A stretch of DNA of 64,000 bases from Candidatus Zambryskibacteria bacterium RIFCSPLOWO2_02_FULL_51_21 (GTDB lineage: Bacteria > Patescibacteriota > Minisyncoccia > Phycocordibacterales > Zambryskibacteraceae). The stretch spans positions 57,298 to 121,297 of the forward strand of contig MHWQ01000002.1 in NCBI GenBank assembly GCA_001824255.1. Direction: 5' to 3'. The notes under the pieces were generated by a model. It ran no database searches, was not told the origin of the DNA, and saw only the letters and a program-made list of their open reading frames with translations. How positions within the stretch are numbered: the first letter of the stretch is position 1; every line of letters starts with the position of its first letter. Below, one piece after another: positions 1-9,283 of this stretch. The position numbers and the translations under genes are program-made.

Positions 1-1020
1 ACCGATTGTGGTTCTGACACCGATACTCTGGTCATTACCGTTAATCCTGCCGGTGGCGGAGGTGGTGGCGGTGGAGGCAGTGGTGGCGGTGGATCTAGCC
101 GAACACCGGGAGGCGGTTCCAGCCGTCCGCCGAGCGGGGAAGTACTCGGAGCAACAACGTCCGATTTTTGTCCATTCCTTACAGGCTACATGAGGATTGG
201 TTATGTCAACGACCCGGCTAATGTCGCGCGCCTCCAAGTTTTTCTCAATATCTATGAGGGCAGTAACCTTGCTGTGACAGGTGTCTTTGACGAAGCGACC
301 TTCCAAGCCGTGGAGGCTTTCCAACTCAAATATAAGGATGACATTTTGACTCCCTGGGGCATAAATCAGCCTACCGGCTATGTTTACATAAGGACATTGG
401 GAAAGATTAACCAAATACTCTGCGGCACGGGCATTCAGGCGGTAACACCCGCGAAAGTTATAAAGGACATCAAGCCGCAAGTGCTTGGCAAAGAAGCCGG
501 AGGCTACAAAGAAGGCGCAGGAACAAGTACTCTTTCCTCGGTGCCTATCATAGGCAGCGCAGGAAGCCCGCCTTCTAAAGGACAAAAATTCGATGATGGT
601 GGCGGAGGTTATGTGGAAAACATAGCAGCAGCCTTATTTACCTGGCCAAGTGGCGGAAGGGAGATAATGAAGTCTCTTTATGAGCTCTTACTTATACTAA
701 TTGTCCTTTATATCCTGGGCAGTGTCCTTGAAAGTGTCCTTTATAAAGACAAATTGGAGGAGGGGAAAAATGTCCCTGAGAATATTTCCAAGAAATTCTA
801 TGCCAAGTGGTGGACCATAGCGGCCGGACTTCTGGTGTCGCTGGGCGGCGCTTACTACCTTAAGGAGTGGCAGCTTCTAATGCCCCTTCTCGTAGCATTG
901 CTTGTCGTTATCGCCTGGATATTGACAAGACCTGCCAAGACCAAAGAGATGGAGAAAGAGACGGTCAAAGAAACAAAGACGCAGACCATAATGGTTACTG
1001 AGAAGGGCGAGAAGAAATAG
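1..1020 (+). CDS. Surface/membrane protein with Gly-rich linker, peptidoglycan-binding-like domain and C-terminal TM helices (5'-partial)
   Basis: Frame 1 is open from base 1 (TDCGSDTDTLVITVNPAGGGG...EVLGAT) into the 190..1020 ORF. 'VARLQVFL...TGVFDEATFQAVEAFQ...TGYV' resembles PG_binding_1; three hydrophobic segments at the C-terminus. Confidence 0.7.
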   Translation, partial: TDCGSDTDTLVITVNPAGGGGGGGGGSGGGGSSRTPGGGSSRPPSGEVLGATTSDFCPFLTGYMRIGYVNDPANVARLQVFLNIYEGSNLAVTGVFDEATFQAVEAFQLKYKDDILTPWGINQPTGYVYIRTLGKINQILCGTGIQAVTPAKVIKDIKPQVLGKEAGGYKEGAGTSTLSSVPIIGSAGSPPSKGQKFDDGGGGYVENIAAALFTWPSGGREIMKSLYELLLILIVLYILGSVLESVLYKDKLEEGKNVPENISKKFYAKWWTIAAGLLVSLGGAYYLKEWQLLMPLLVALLVVIAWILTRPAKTKEMEKETVKETKTQTIMVTEKGEKK

Positions 1021-2080
1021 AAAGGTTACCGCTGGCTTTGATATCCTGGCTGCTTTTAAGTATTGAAGGGTTCTTGGAGGCTTCGATATAGGCGGCGATG
1101 CCTATCATGACCGCATTATCCGTGGTAAATGATCTCTCTGGCAGTCGCAGGATAAGACCGGGAAACCCCGCGGCAAGTTCGGCGATTTTCTCTCCCAGAA
1201 GCTTGTTGGCAGACACTCCGCCCGCCACTATCAAAGTTTTTATATCTTCATCTGTGGTTTCAAGTGCTTTGCGTGTTTTCTCCACAAGCACTTCTATGGC
1301 TGCGTCCTCGAAAGCGCGGGCGATGTCTTCTTTAAGCTCTTCGCTTAATTCTCCCAAATCCCTAATTTTGTAAAGTACCGCCGTTTTGAGCCCGGAATAA
1401 GAGAAATTCAGGTCGCCGGAATTTATCATGGGGCGCGGAAACTTGAAATTTGTTTCTTGCTTCTTGTTTCTTGAAATATCGGCTAGGGTCGAGATTTTCG
1501 GTCCACCCGGATAGTGGAGGCCAAGCATCCTGGCCACTTTGTCGAAGGCCTCTCCCACGGCATCATCAAGCGTTCTGCCCAGAATCTCATAATCATCGAA
1601 ATCTCTGACCAAAACCAACTCTGTGTGCCCTCCGGACACAAGCAGGGCCAGGGCCGGCAGTTCTACCTTCCCGCCGCCAAACAAAACAGACCATATATGC
1701 CCTTTCATATGGTCAACTCCGATGACGGGTTTTTGCCATTTCTTGCTCAGCTCTTCCGCAAAAACAATACCCGCCCAGAGCGCCGGTTCGAGCCCGGGAC
1801 CAGCCGTCACGGCGATAAAATCGACCCCCTCCATCTCCCCCTTGGCAGGGGAAGTGATGCCAGCTTCTTTGAGGGTTTGCCCTAAAAGCACCGGCAGATT
1901 CTTCTGGTGTTCGCGCTTGGCGAGGGCGGGGAAGACACCGCCGTATTGTTCGTGGAGTGGCACTTGGGAAAGCAGGGTGTTACCAAGAATCTTTATATCT
2001 GGTTTTGAGAGGGGGCCAGTGATATCAAGCAAGGCCACAGCCGTCTCATCACAAGAAGTTTCTATGGAAAGAATTTTCAT
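995..2080 (-). CDS. tsaD: tRNA t6A37 threonylcarbamoyltransferase TsaD
   Basis: IETSCDET, GPGL, HMKGH, LVSGGHT, DDAVGEAFDK, GGVSAN and TDNAVMI motifs. Confidence 0.97.
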   Translation of the reverse strand: MKILSIETSCDETAVALLDITGPLSKPDIKILGNTLLSQVPLHEQYGGVFPALAKREHQKNLPVLLGQTLKEAGITSPAKGEMEGVDFIAVTAGPGLEPALWAGIVFAEELSKKWQKPVIGVDHMKGHIWSVLFGGGKVELPALALLVSGGHTELVLVRDFDDYEILGRTLDDAVGEAFDKVARMLGLHYPGGPKISTLADISRNKKQETNFKFPRPMINSGDLNFSYSGLKTAVLYKIRDLGELSEELKEDIARAFEDAAIEVLVEKTRKALETTDEDIKTLIVAGGVSANKLLGEKIAELAAGFPGLILRLPERSFTTDNAVMIGIAAYIEASKNPSILKSSQDIKASGNLSISSRPSQ

Positions 2081-2082
2081 AT

Positions 2083-2104
2083 TGGCGGAAGCGGTGAGAT
2101 TCGA
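2083..2104 (-). repeat. Duplicated 3' end of tRNA-Ser (T-arm plus acceptor strand) ending in CCA
   Basis: 2085-2104 is identical to 2161-2180 (20 bp). Minus strand reads TCGAATCTCACCGCTTCCGCCA. Confidence 0.9.
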
Positions 2105-2161
2105 TTTTCTTACGGAAAATTACGGAGAAGCATAACATGCTTCTCTTCGAATCTCCCCTAG

Positions 2162-2246
2162 CGGAAGCGGTGAGATTCGAACTCACGATACCTTGCGGTA
2201 TGCCGGTTTTCGAAACCGGTGCTTTAAACCACTCAGCCACGCTTCC
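2162..2246 (-). tRNA. tRNA-Ser(CGA)
   Basis: GGAAGCG/CGCTTCC acceptor, anticodon arm CCGGT-TTCGAAA-ACCGG, long variable arm, GTTCGAAT T-loop. Confidence 0.95.
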
Positions 2247-2301
2247 AGGCCCTAAACTCTAGCATTTTTAGGTAAAAATGTTAATATTTGAGCCGTTCAA
2301 A

Positions 2302-2373
2302 GGCCCTATCGTCTATCGGTTAGGACACAAGCTTTTCAAGCTTGGAAGCAGGGTTCGACTCCCTGTAGGGTCA
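2302..2373 (+). tRNA. tRNA-Glu(TTC)
   Basis: GGCCCTA/TAGGGTC acceptor, CAAGC-TTTTCAA-GCTTG anticodon arm, GTTCGAC T-loop. Confidence 0.95.
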
Positions 2374-2518
2374 CCTGACGAGTCTTTGGAGCAATGTATT
2401 GGGTTTTTACCAATCCTCGCCACAATAAAAACAGAGTTTTAACATGTGGAATTTGAGACGCTCAGTTTTTAGTGTTTCTACAGAGACTTCAAACTCTACC
2501 TAATGATATTTTAAACTA

Positions 2519-3181
2519 ATGGACAAGGCCGAATACAAAGACAGATTTGACAAACTCTACAGTAATCTTCTTGGAGCATGCGCAACATTTTATGTCTGGA
2601 AGGGATTACAAGAAAAAAGTTATGAGACAACTTATAGTCGAGCAATATATTTCTGGTCAGCAACCTTACTTGCATTGCAGAACGAGTGGCTTCTAAGTCT
2701 AGCAAAGTGTTTTGAGGAATCTAGTTTTAGTAAAAACAACAAGGTAATCTCTGTTTATGCGCTGATAAAGCATCATCCTGATTTTGCACGTGCCAAGAAA
2801 TTGGATGATTTTCTAAATAAACATAAAAAAGTAATTGGGCCGATTTCTAGGTTACGAGATAATCAATTAGCCCACCTTAATGCAAAGCACTTAAAGAATC
2901 CAGCAAAACTGCTCAAAAAATTTCCTATTGATTACGGGGAAGTTGAAGATTTGTTGAATGATTTTCCTAATCTAATTTCGCTCTTAAATCCAGAACCTGG
3001 AATTGGGTATGGATTAGACAATTACATAAAAGTTCCTGTATATGAAGCGAAACATGTCATGACTCAAATCCAATACTTTAACCAGCTAGAAAAGGAACAT
3101 TTAGATAGGTTTGTTACAGGAGAAATTGATGACCCTAATTTCCCTCCAATTAAAAATAATACAAGACACTTACCTAGCTAG
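2519..3181 (+). CDS. HEPN-domain protein, AbiU2-like (putative RNase/defence)
   Basis: All-helical 220 aa with R-x5-H motif 'RDNQLAH' and an upstream 'LSLAKCFE' helix; AT-rich; directly downstream of tRNA-Glu. Confidence 0.6.
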   Translation: MDKAEYKDRFDKLYSNLLGACATFYVWKGLQEKSYETTYSRAIYFWSATLLALQNEWLLSLAKCFEESSFSKNNKVISVYALIKHHPDFARAKKLDDFLNKHKKVIGPISRLRDNQLAHLNAKHLKNPAKLLKKFPIDYGEVEDLLNDFPNLISLLNPEPGIGYGLDNYIKVPVYEAKHVMTQIQYFNQLEKEHLDRFVTGEIDDPNFPPIKNNTRHLPS

Positions 3182-3691
3182 ATATTTCTTGAGCACAAGC
3201 ATATTCTCCTTAAAAGGCTCCTCAAAAGCGACATATAGGAATACAGCCCTAACAAGGGAGGTAATCAAAGGTATAGATACGATAGAGACGACAACCGCAA
3301 TTAGCACATCCCACCAAGTTCCATAATATTCTTTTCTCTCTAAGACGATCTCATAATTTTTAGAGAATGAGTGTATTTTTGTCTCAGCCTGATACTTAGC
3401 GTAAGCAGTATAGAACTCATCTGAAGTCAGTGTGGGGTTAGAACATGCAAATCTTGCCATAGCCCTACCGCTGTCATCGTCAATGTCCGTGTTTGAGTAA
3501 TTTAGCTCAGCTCCAGTAAAATTCCCTCTAAGAGTGCCGTCTGCGCACTTTAACCTGTAGCCACTGCTGTAAGTATTTAGCTCAGGAATGGAGGCTATGA
3601 TGGAAGCCACTCCTATCCCTATTGAGATAATGACGAATAGGCAGAAGACCACTTGGACCAGCCTATACCACCATCTGTCTTGTTTCTTCAT
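3170..3691 (-). CDS. Hypothetical two-TM membrane protein with extracellular Cys-containing loop
   Basis: ORF track; TM helices at both ends, two loop Cys; AT-rich like its neighbour. Start may be 3691 (ATG) or 3706 (GTG). Confidence 0.65.
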   Translation of the reverse strand: MKKQDRWWYRLVQVVFCLFVIISIGIGVASIIASIPELNTYSSGYRLKCADGTLRGNFTGAELNYSNTDIDDDSGRAMARFACSNPTLTSDEFYTAYAKYQAETKIHSFSKNYEIVLERKEYYGTWWDVLIAVVVSIVSIPLITSLVRAVFLYVAFEEPFKENMLVLKKYLAR

Positions 3692-3935
3692 ATATCTAAC
3701 ATACACTTAATTTTTAATTTTTCCATTACAGGTTATTCAGCCTCGTTTTTTCAAAGTTGGCCATTATATTGCCTAGCTGGGAAAAGAACAGCACAAGGAG
3801 TTTTGAATCTGGTATTGTTAGGGTCACATGCTATTTGATTTACAACTTAATAGTTAGTAATCTAGGGTCAGAAGCGCCACCGGCGCAAGCCGATTTCTCA
3901 AATCTGACTCATTTCGAAAAAGGAGAAATAGAAAT

Positions 3936-4223
3936 ATGGATACCAAGCAGTCCTGTACCGACCTCTTGTGTTCCGAACTGGCGATTCTCAAACTGCTTGC
4001 TAGCGTGGGAGGATACGTGGTCAGCCAGGACGGCTACTGGCGCGTAGCCTACTCGCTTCAGTCGGCGCTTGCAGAGAGTGAGAGCGGGCGGATACGGTGC
4101 CCAGAAACCATCCCCAATCTCATCAGACACGGCTTTCTGCGGACGACTCGGGAGAACTCCAAGGTTTGGGAGATCAACGATACGGGCCGCTTGGCCGCAG
4201 CCAAACAGCTCTCCGCACCCTGA
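3936..4223 (+). CDS. Hypothetical protein, possible winged-helix fold
   Basis: AAGGAG SD upstream, terminator downstream; 'LIRHGFL...WEINDTGR' resembles a wHTH wing. Confidence 0.55.
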   Translation: MDTKQSCTDLLCSELAILKLLASVGGYVVSQDGYWRVAYSLQSALAESESGRIRCPETIPNLIRHGFLRTTRENSKVWEINDTGRLAAAKQLSAP

Positions 4224-4243
4224 TACAATCGCGGTTTCTAAAC

Positions 4244-4275
4244 GCCCCGTCGCTCGCGAGCGACGGGGCTTTCTT
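4244..4275 (+). terminator. Intrinsic terminator
   Basis: GCCCCGTCGCTC/GAGCGACGGGGC stem followed by TTTCTT. Confidence 0.75.
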
Positions 4276-4310
4276 ATTCGTAATTCGTATATTAATATGT
4301 ATTCGCTTAA

Positions 4311-4383
4311 GCGCGGTTAGCTCAGTTGGTAGAGCATCCCCTTGACGTGGGGAGGGTCAGAGGTTCGAGTCCTCTATCGCGCA
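4311..4383 (+). tRNA. tRNA-Val(GAC)
   Basis: GCGCGGT/ATCGCGC acceptor, TCCCC-TTGACGT-GGGGA anticodon arm, GTTCGAG T-loop. Confidence 0.95.
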
Positions 4384-4484
4384 CAGTAATCAAAACTCGG
4401 CCGTAACGTCTTCTTTACCAGACATTTACAGGTCTTTATCCGCGTGATAAAGTCCTGTGCGGAAGTTCATCAGAAGGAGGATGT

Positions 4485-5231
4485 GTGAAGAATATCTTTG
4501 TGTTCGTGATAGTGGTCCTCGCCGCCGCTTCAAGCGCCGCAGCCCAGGCACTGCCCTTCACCAAAGGCATGGTGACCAAGGAATCGTATGCGAAAGCGCT
4601 GGAGCTGAACGATCGCAAGGTGCTCAATGTCGATTGCCGCCAGATACTCACGGCCTTCAACCAGGCCTTCAGCGAGAGGCTGCAGTACCATTTCGAGGAC
4701 TGTAAGTCGCTTGCCGGCTACTTCCGACGGCTCGACGAAAAACCACTGCCACAGCAGAAGATGCATTTTGGCAGAATCCTGCCGAACGGCAACGTAGACC
4801 TTGAGGGTTTCAGCCGGGAGGCGCTCTTGGGGGAGATGGGACTCTTCGACAACCAATCCGGCATCTACCCTGTCTCGCTCATGTGCGGCAATCTCACTCC
4901 CGACAAATTGCCGGCGCCGACCTACACCACTCTGACGACAGAAGAAGAGAAACCGGCAGCACAGCCGTCCTCACCGCCGCCGACACCTGTGCCCGCGCCT
5001 TCTATTGCAGCAGCAGCGGCTCAGCAGGCAGCGGCGGCTTCAGCGTCGCCGACCATCTTCAAGCCGCAGCCGTCCTCAAGAAGCCGCAGCTGGTATGACC
5101 CGAGAGGTAAGAAGGGGGTACTATTCTGGGGTGCCGTCGGGACCGGAATTGTGGTCGCAGCTTGCAACGTCCCCGAACCGCGCTGCTTCACAAGCATGAT
5201 GACGGTCACCCAGACCGTCATCATGCAGTAA
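4485..5231 (+). CDS. Hypothetical secreted/membrane-anchored protein with CGN motif and Pro/Ala linker
   Basis: Signal peptide (AAA-Q), AAGGAGG SD before GTG, TTTACA-17-TAAAGT promoter, hydrophobic C-terminal segment. Confidence 0.7.
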   Translation: MKNIFVFVIVVLAAASSAAAQALPFTKGMVTKESYAKALELNDRKVLNVDCRQILTAFNQAFSERLQYHFEDCKSLAGYFRRLDEKPLPQQKMHFGRILPNGNVDLEGFSREALLGEMGLFDNQSGIYPVSLMCGNLTPDKLPAPTYTTLTTEEEKPAAQPSSPPPTPVPAPSIAAAAAQQAAAASASPTIFKPQPSSRSRSWYDPRGKKGVLFWGAVGTGIVVAACNVPEPRCFTSMMTVTQTVIMQ

Positions 5232-5233
5232 CC

Positions 5234-5269
5234 AAAAAGAGGCGTTTCGACCCATGTCGGAACGCCTCT
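5234..5269. terminator. Hairpin terminator between convergent genes
   Basis: AGAGGCGTTTCGAC/GTCGGAACGCCTCT stem with an A-tract on the left. Confidence 0.7.
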
Positions 5270-5280
5270 ACTCATTTGAA

Positions 5281-6198
5281 TTATTTCGCGTGGAGGTGGA
5301 GGTAAATATCCTCAAGCGCCTTCACCGCGTCGCCCGCGGCAATGTTGTTCTGATGATAGAGTCCGTCGGTCGAATCGCCGGCCGCCCAGACGCCCGCCGC
5401 GGAAGTTAATTGAGTTTTCGGGTCCACAACAATCTGTCCGATTTTATTCATATCCACGAGCCCTTCGGCGAAGTAAGTCGTCGGCACGAGGCCGATTTCG
5501 ACGAAAATACCAGAGACTTTGAGTTCATGTTCTCCATCGGCATTTTGATATATCAAGGTATTCACAAACTTATCGCCTCTGATTTCTTTCGGCGCGGCAT
5601 CCATGACGGACTTCATCTTTGGATGGGAGAGCACTTTCTCGACTGTGGACGGGTCGGCCTTGAAAGCGTTTGAACGGTTGAGGAGCGTTACGGAATTAGC
5701 GTAATTTAAAAGTTGAGCGGCCGTTTCGAAGGCGGCATTGCCGCCGCCTATGACCGCCACATCCTGTCCGGCGAAAACGGGGCCGTCACAGGAAGCGCAA
5801 TAGGAAATACCCTTGTTCTCGAATTCCTTCGCTCCCGGTATATCGAGCTTTCTCCTAGTCGAGCCGGTGGCTACCAGAACCGTTTTGGCTGAATATGCTT
5901 TGCCTTTTTCCGTCTCAATCTGGAAATTGCCGGAAGCTCCAGAAATTTTCTTCACCTTATTGCCCAAATCGATTTCGACGAATTCTCCCGCATAGTGCCG
6001 CAAATGCTCCTCGAGCATTTTGCCGAATTCCACGCCGGGGATGGACTTCCAGCCAATCCAGTTCTCAATGCCTTGGGACTCCGTTGACTGCCCGCCGAAA
6101 GACTCGGTGATTAAAATTGTTTTGAGACGCTTTCGGGCCGCGTAAACGCCGGCGGCTACGCCGGCGGGACCTCCGCCTATGATTGCGAGATCAAACAT
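5281..6198 (-). CDS. trxB: Thioredoxin reductase-like FAD/NAD(P)H oxidoreductase
   Basis: GGGPAG, ATG, CASCDG redox motif, GGGNAA, AAGD. Confidence 0.88.
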   Translation of the reverse strand: MFDLAIIGGGPAGVAAGVYAARKRLKTILITESFGGQSTESQGIENWIGWKSIPGVEFGKMLEEHLRHYAGEFVEIDLGNKVKKISGASGNFQIETEKGKAYSAKTVLVATGSTRRKLDIPGAKEFENKGISYCASCDGPVFAGQDVAVIGGGNAAFETAAQLLNYANSVTLLNRSNAFKADPSTVEKVLSHPKMKSVMDAAPKEIRGDKFVNTLIYQNADGEHELKVSGIFVEIGLVPTTYFAEGLVDMNKIGQIVVDPKTQLTSAAGVWAAGDSTDGLYHQNNIAAGDAVKALEDIYLHLHAK

Positions 6199-6207
6199 TC
6201 TTCTATT

Positions 6208-7380
6208 CTACTTTAATTTGCTTCTTCGGAGAAATGCCGGCACGGCGCTCCAATCATCGTCTTCATCATCCTTGGCCGCTGGAGCGGGGGCCGGAATGGG
6301 TTTCTTGATATCAGTTTCTTTGGCAGGAGATTTCTCGAGGGAGTTGAAGATGCGTCCCTTGCCGCGCTCTTCATCCTGGCCGAAAGTTTGGAAGAGGTTC
6401 GCAGAAGCTTTCTTGCCTATGTTCGACTCGGGGAAATTCGAGGCAATGACGGTAATCTTCAGTTCGCCCTTCTTCAGGCGCTCGTCACGCACGGTGCCGA
6501 AGATAATCTTGGCATTCGGGTCCACGGACTCGGTGATGACCTTGGCGGCATCTTGAATTTCGAACATGGTGAGGTCGTCTCCTCCGGCGATGGAGAAGAG
6601 CACTCCCTTGGCTCCGTTGATAGAGATTTCGAGCAGGGGCGAGGAGATGGCGGCTTTGGCGGCATCCGTAGCTCGATTCTCGCCAGAGGCTGTACCGATG
6701 CCCATGAGGGCGGCGCCGGCGTTCTCCATGACGGAACGGATGTCGGCGAAGTCTATATTGATAATGCCCGGAGTGGTGATGAGGTCCGAGATGCCCTCGA
6801 CCGCTTCCTTCAAAATGTTGTCGCAGATGGCGAAGGCGTTCTTGGCGGTAATATTTTTCTCAACAGTCTGGAGCAGTCGGTCGTTAGGGATGACTATAAG
6901 GGCGTCCACCGCTTGGCGCAGCTCCTCAATGCCTTGTTCGGCGAATTTCATCCTCTGCTGGCCTTCGAAGAAGAAGGGTTTGGTGACGACGGCCACAGTG
7001 AGGCAGCCGTTTTCCTTGGCAGTGTGGGCAATGATGGGAGCCGCGCCCGTGCCGGTGCCTCCGCCCATGCCGCAGGCGATGAATATCATATCCGCTCCTT
7101 TGATAGATTCCTGGACTTCTTCTTTAGTTTCCTCAATGGCGCGCTTGCCGAGCTCCGGATTCATGCCGGTGCCGAGGCCCTTTGTGAGGTTCTTGCCGAT
7201 GTGAATTTTCTTCTTGGCTAGGGAATTGTGGAGGTCCTGGACATCGGTATTAACCGCGATAAATTCAACCCCTTTGACCTTGGAGTTAATCATGTGGTTT
7301 ACCGTATTTTTGCCCGAGCCGCCGACGCCGATGACCTTGATTCTCGCGAACGATTCTACTTCTGGTTTGATTTGTGGCAT
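6208..7380 (-). CDS. ftsZ: Cell division protein FtsZ
   Basis: GMGGGTGTG signature, NIDFAD, C-terminal VPAFLRR. Confidence 0.98.
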   Translation of the reverse strand: MPQIKPEVESFARIKVIGVGGSGKNTVNHMINSKVKGVEFIAVNTDVQDLHNSLAKKKIHIGKNLTKGLGTGMNPELGKRAIEETKEEVQESIKGADMIFIACGMGGGTGTGAAPIIAHTAKENGCLTVAVVTKPFFFEGQQRMKFAEQGIEELRQAVDALIVIPNDRLLQTVEKNITAKNAFAICDNILKEAVEGISDLITTPGIINIDFADIRSVMENAGAALMGIGTASGENRATDAAKAAISSPLLEISINGAKGVLFSIAGGDDLTMFEIQDAAKVITESVDPNAKIIFGTVRDERLKKGELKITVIASNFPESNIGKKASANLFQTFGQDEERGKGRIFNSLEKSPAKETDIKKPIPAPAPAAKDDEDDDWSAVPAFLRRSKLK

Positions 7381-7487
7381 GCGCTTTTCTTTATGATTGG
7401 GCCTATCTTACCCAAACGGTTTGCAAAAGGGAAGCAATAGACAAAAATCCGTAAATGTGTCGCCAAAAATTCAATAACATTGAATTT

Positions 7488-8690
7488 TTAGGGCAGAATC
7501 TGGGAAATCAGGCGAGAGATTTTCTGCCAGAGACCTCGTCCGCCCAATGGCAGGAGGCGGCCCTTGCTCCCGCCGCCAAAGCCGTTTCTCTCGCCGGAAT
7601 TGAAGCCGAGCAGAGAGAGCCCGCAGGCGGTGGCCCAAATATTGTCTCGCATGCGATTCTTCTCGCTTGTGCCGAAGTGGATTTCCGCGACGCGCGCGGG
7701 GAGGCCCAGGAATTCTTCCGCAAATATTCTGGCTCCCCCAAGCGAGGCCGTACCGCCGGTGAGGATGATACCCGCCGGCAGGAGCGCGTCTCGGCCAATT
7801 TTCTTCAAATGATTTTCGATGAGCTCGAAGCAGTCGCCGAGACGGGCGGAAACTGTTTCCTCAAGCTTCTTTTTGGAATAAGCGGCGCGGGCGAGGCCGC
7901 CGAGCTTTATATTCTCGGCATCTTCGAGGGAGAGCTTGAGCCCCAGAGCGATGTCATTGGTAATGTCGTTCCCGCCGACGGGGAAGACCTCGAGGGAAAC
8001 AGGATTCCCGTTCTCGAAGACGATAACCGACATAGTTTCGGCCCCGATGTCGGCCAGGAGACAGCCGACGCGGCGTTCTTTCTTCGACACTGTGACGAAA
8101 CTTGCCGCCACCGGTGACGCCACCGCGTCCACCACCTCAAGCCCCGCCGTCTCGACGGCCTTGATAAGCTCCGCCAAGTGATGTTCGAGCCCGGTGATGA
8201 AAAGCGCTTTGGTCTCAAGCTTCTGCGCCTTGAGCCCCAGGGCCTCGCCCCAGACGGCATGGCCGTCAATCTTGTGTTCGATAGGCACGGTATTGATAAT
8301 CCGCTTGTTCAAAATTGCCGAAGCGGGGATGGCCGCTTCAGCCGTCTCGAGCGCGGCGGCAAGGTCCCGCTCCGTAATCTCCATGTCGGCGCGGGAAATG
8401 GCCGTCGAGCCCTCGCTCTTAATGCTCCCGAGCCCTATGCCGCCGAAGGAAATGTAGGCGCGCCGAGCCTTCACGCCGGCGGTCTTCTCCGCGCGGCTTA
8501 CCGCGAGCCGGATGCTCTCGGCCGCTTCACTCGCGTTTATTATGTAGCCCCGCTCGAGCCCTTTCGACTCGGCAGAGCCCGCCCCGATAATCTTCGGCGA
8601 GAAGCGGCCCTGCTCGTAAACACCCTCGGCAATGATTGCTTTGACTTGAGAGGTGCCTATGTCTATGCCGACTGTGATTTGACGAGCCAC
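7488..8690 (-). CDS. ftsA: Cell division protein FtsA
   Basis: GIDIGTSQVK, DIGAET, GGNDITNDI, LTGG; upstream of ftsZ. Confidence 0.95.
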   Translation of the reverse strand: MARQITVGIDIGTSQVKAIIAEGVYEQGRFSPKIIGAGSAESKGLERGYIINASEAAESIRLAVSRAEKTAGVKARRAYISFGGIGLGSIKSEGSTAISRADMEITERDLAAALETAEAAIPASAILNKRIINTVPIEHKIDGHAVWGEALGLKAQKLETKALFITGLEHHLAELIKAVETAGLEVVDAVASPVAASFVTVSKKERRVGCLLADIGAETMSVIVFENGNPVSLEVFPVGGNDITNDIALGLKLSLEDAENIKLGGLARAAYSKKKLEETVSARLGDCFELIENHLKKIGRDALLPAGIILTGGTASLGGARIFAEEFLGLPARVAEIHFGTSEKNRMRDNIWATACGLSLLGFNSGERNGFGGGSKGRLLPLGGRGLWQKISRLISQILP

Positions 8691-8986
8691 TTTTTTAGAA
8701 GTTGTTTCTCAACTTTCTCCATCTTACTGCCATGTCGCATTCCTTTCAAATGGAGGCAGCCGTGGATGAAGAGGTGAGCAGGCGAAAATTCACCGATTTT
8801 CGACAGATTTATGAAAATTTCCCCCGAATTTTTCGAGAGAGGAAAGCTCAGAACGTTTGTTGGCTTGTCCTTGCCACGATAAATCCGGTTCAGTTTTCTG
8901 GAAAGGGCATTGCCACAGAAAACAAGAGAAAGTTCGTATTTTTTTCCCAAAATCTCATCCTTTATTTTTTTGAACTTCGGATTCAA
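8663..8986 (-). CDS. ybeY: rRNA maturation endoribonuclease YbeY (short form)
   Basis: LNRIYRGKDKPTNVLSF and HGCLHLKGMRH motifs. TTG start inferred right after the rpsU stop. Confidence 0.88.
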   Translation of the reverse strand: MNPKFKKIKDEILGKKYELSLVFCGNALSRKLNRIYRGKDKPTNVLSFPLSKNSGEIFINLSKIGEFSPAHLFIHGCLHLKGMRHGSKMEKVEKQLLKKWLVKSQSA

Positions 8987-8988
8987 AT

Positions 8989-9249
8989 TTATTTCCTGCG
9001 CTTTGAGAATTTCGAAACCTCGGCCAGCTTGCCCTGCTTCACAAGTTCGGCGGTAACTTCTTTCTTCTTCAAATATTCGAGCGTCTTGGCGCGACGCACG
9101 TTCTCGGACTTCTTGCGCTCGGAGTAGCGCTTGGAGCGGACGCGCGGGAGGATGCCCGCGGCTTGGACCTTCTTGGTAAAGCGGCGAAGCACGCCGAGAT
9201 TGTTCTCGTTCGCTCCTCGCTCCACCTCTATATTGACCATTGCTTGCAT
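8989..9249 (-). CDS. rpsU: 30S ribosomal protein bS21-like
   Basis: Basic ~85 aa; 'VLRRFTKKVQAAGIL..VRSKRYSERKKS' matches the S21 pattern. Start may be 9249 or 9240. Confidence 0.72.
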   Translation of the reverse strand: MQAMVNIEVERGANENNLGVLRRFTKKVQAAGILPRVRSKRYSERKKSENVRRAKTLEYLKKKEVTAELVKQGKLAEVSKFSKRRK

Positions 9250-9283
9250 AGGCGGACAATTTAACACAACAGCGTAAATTTGT

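Noticed and set aside
50-100. GGT/GGC repeat tract
   Set aside because: It encodes an ordinary poly-Gly linker.
8987-9259. N-terminal extension or frameshift fusion of YbeY with S21
   Set aside because: It is an alternative frame of rpsU; a TTG start at 8986 explains ybeY.
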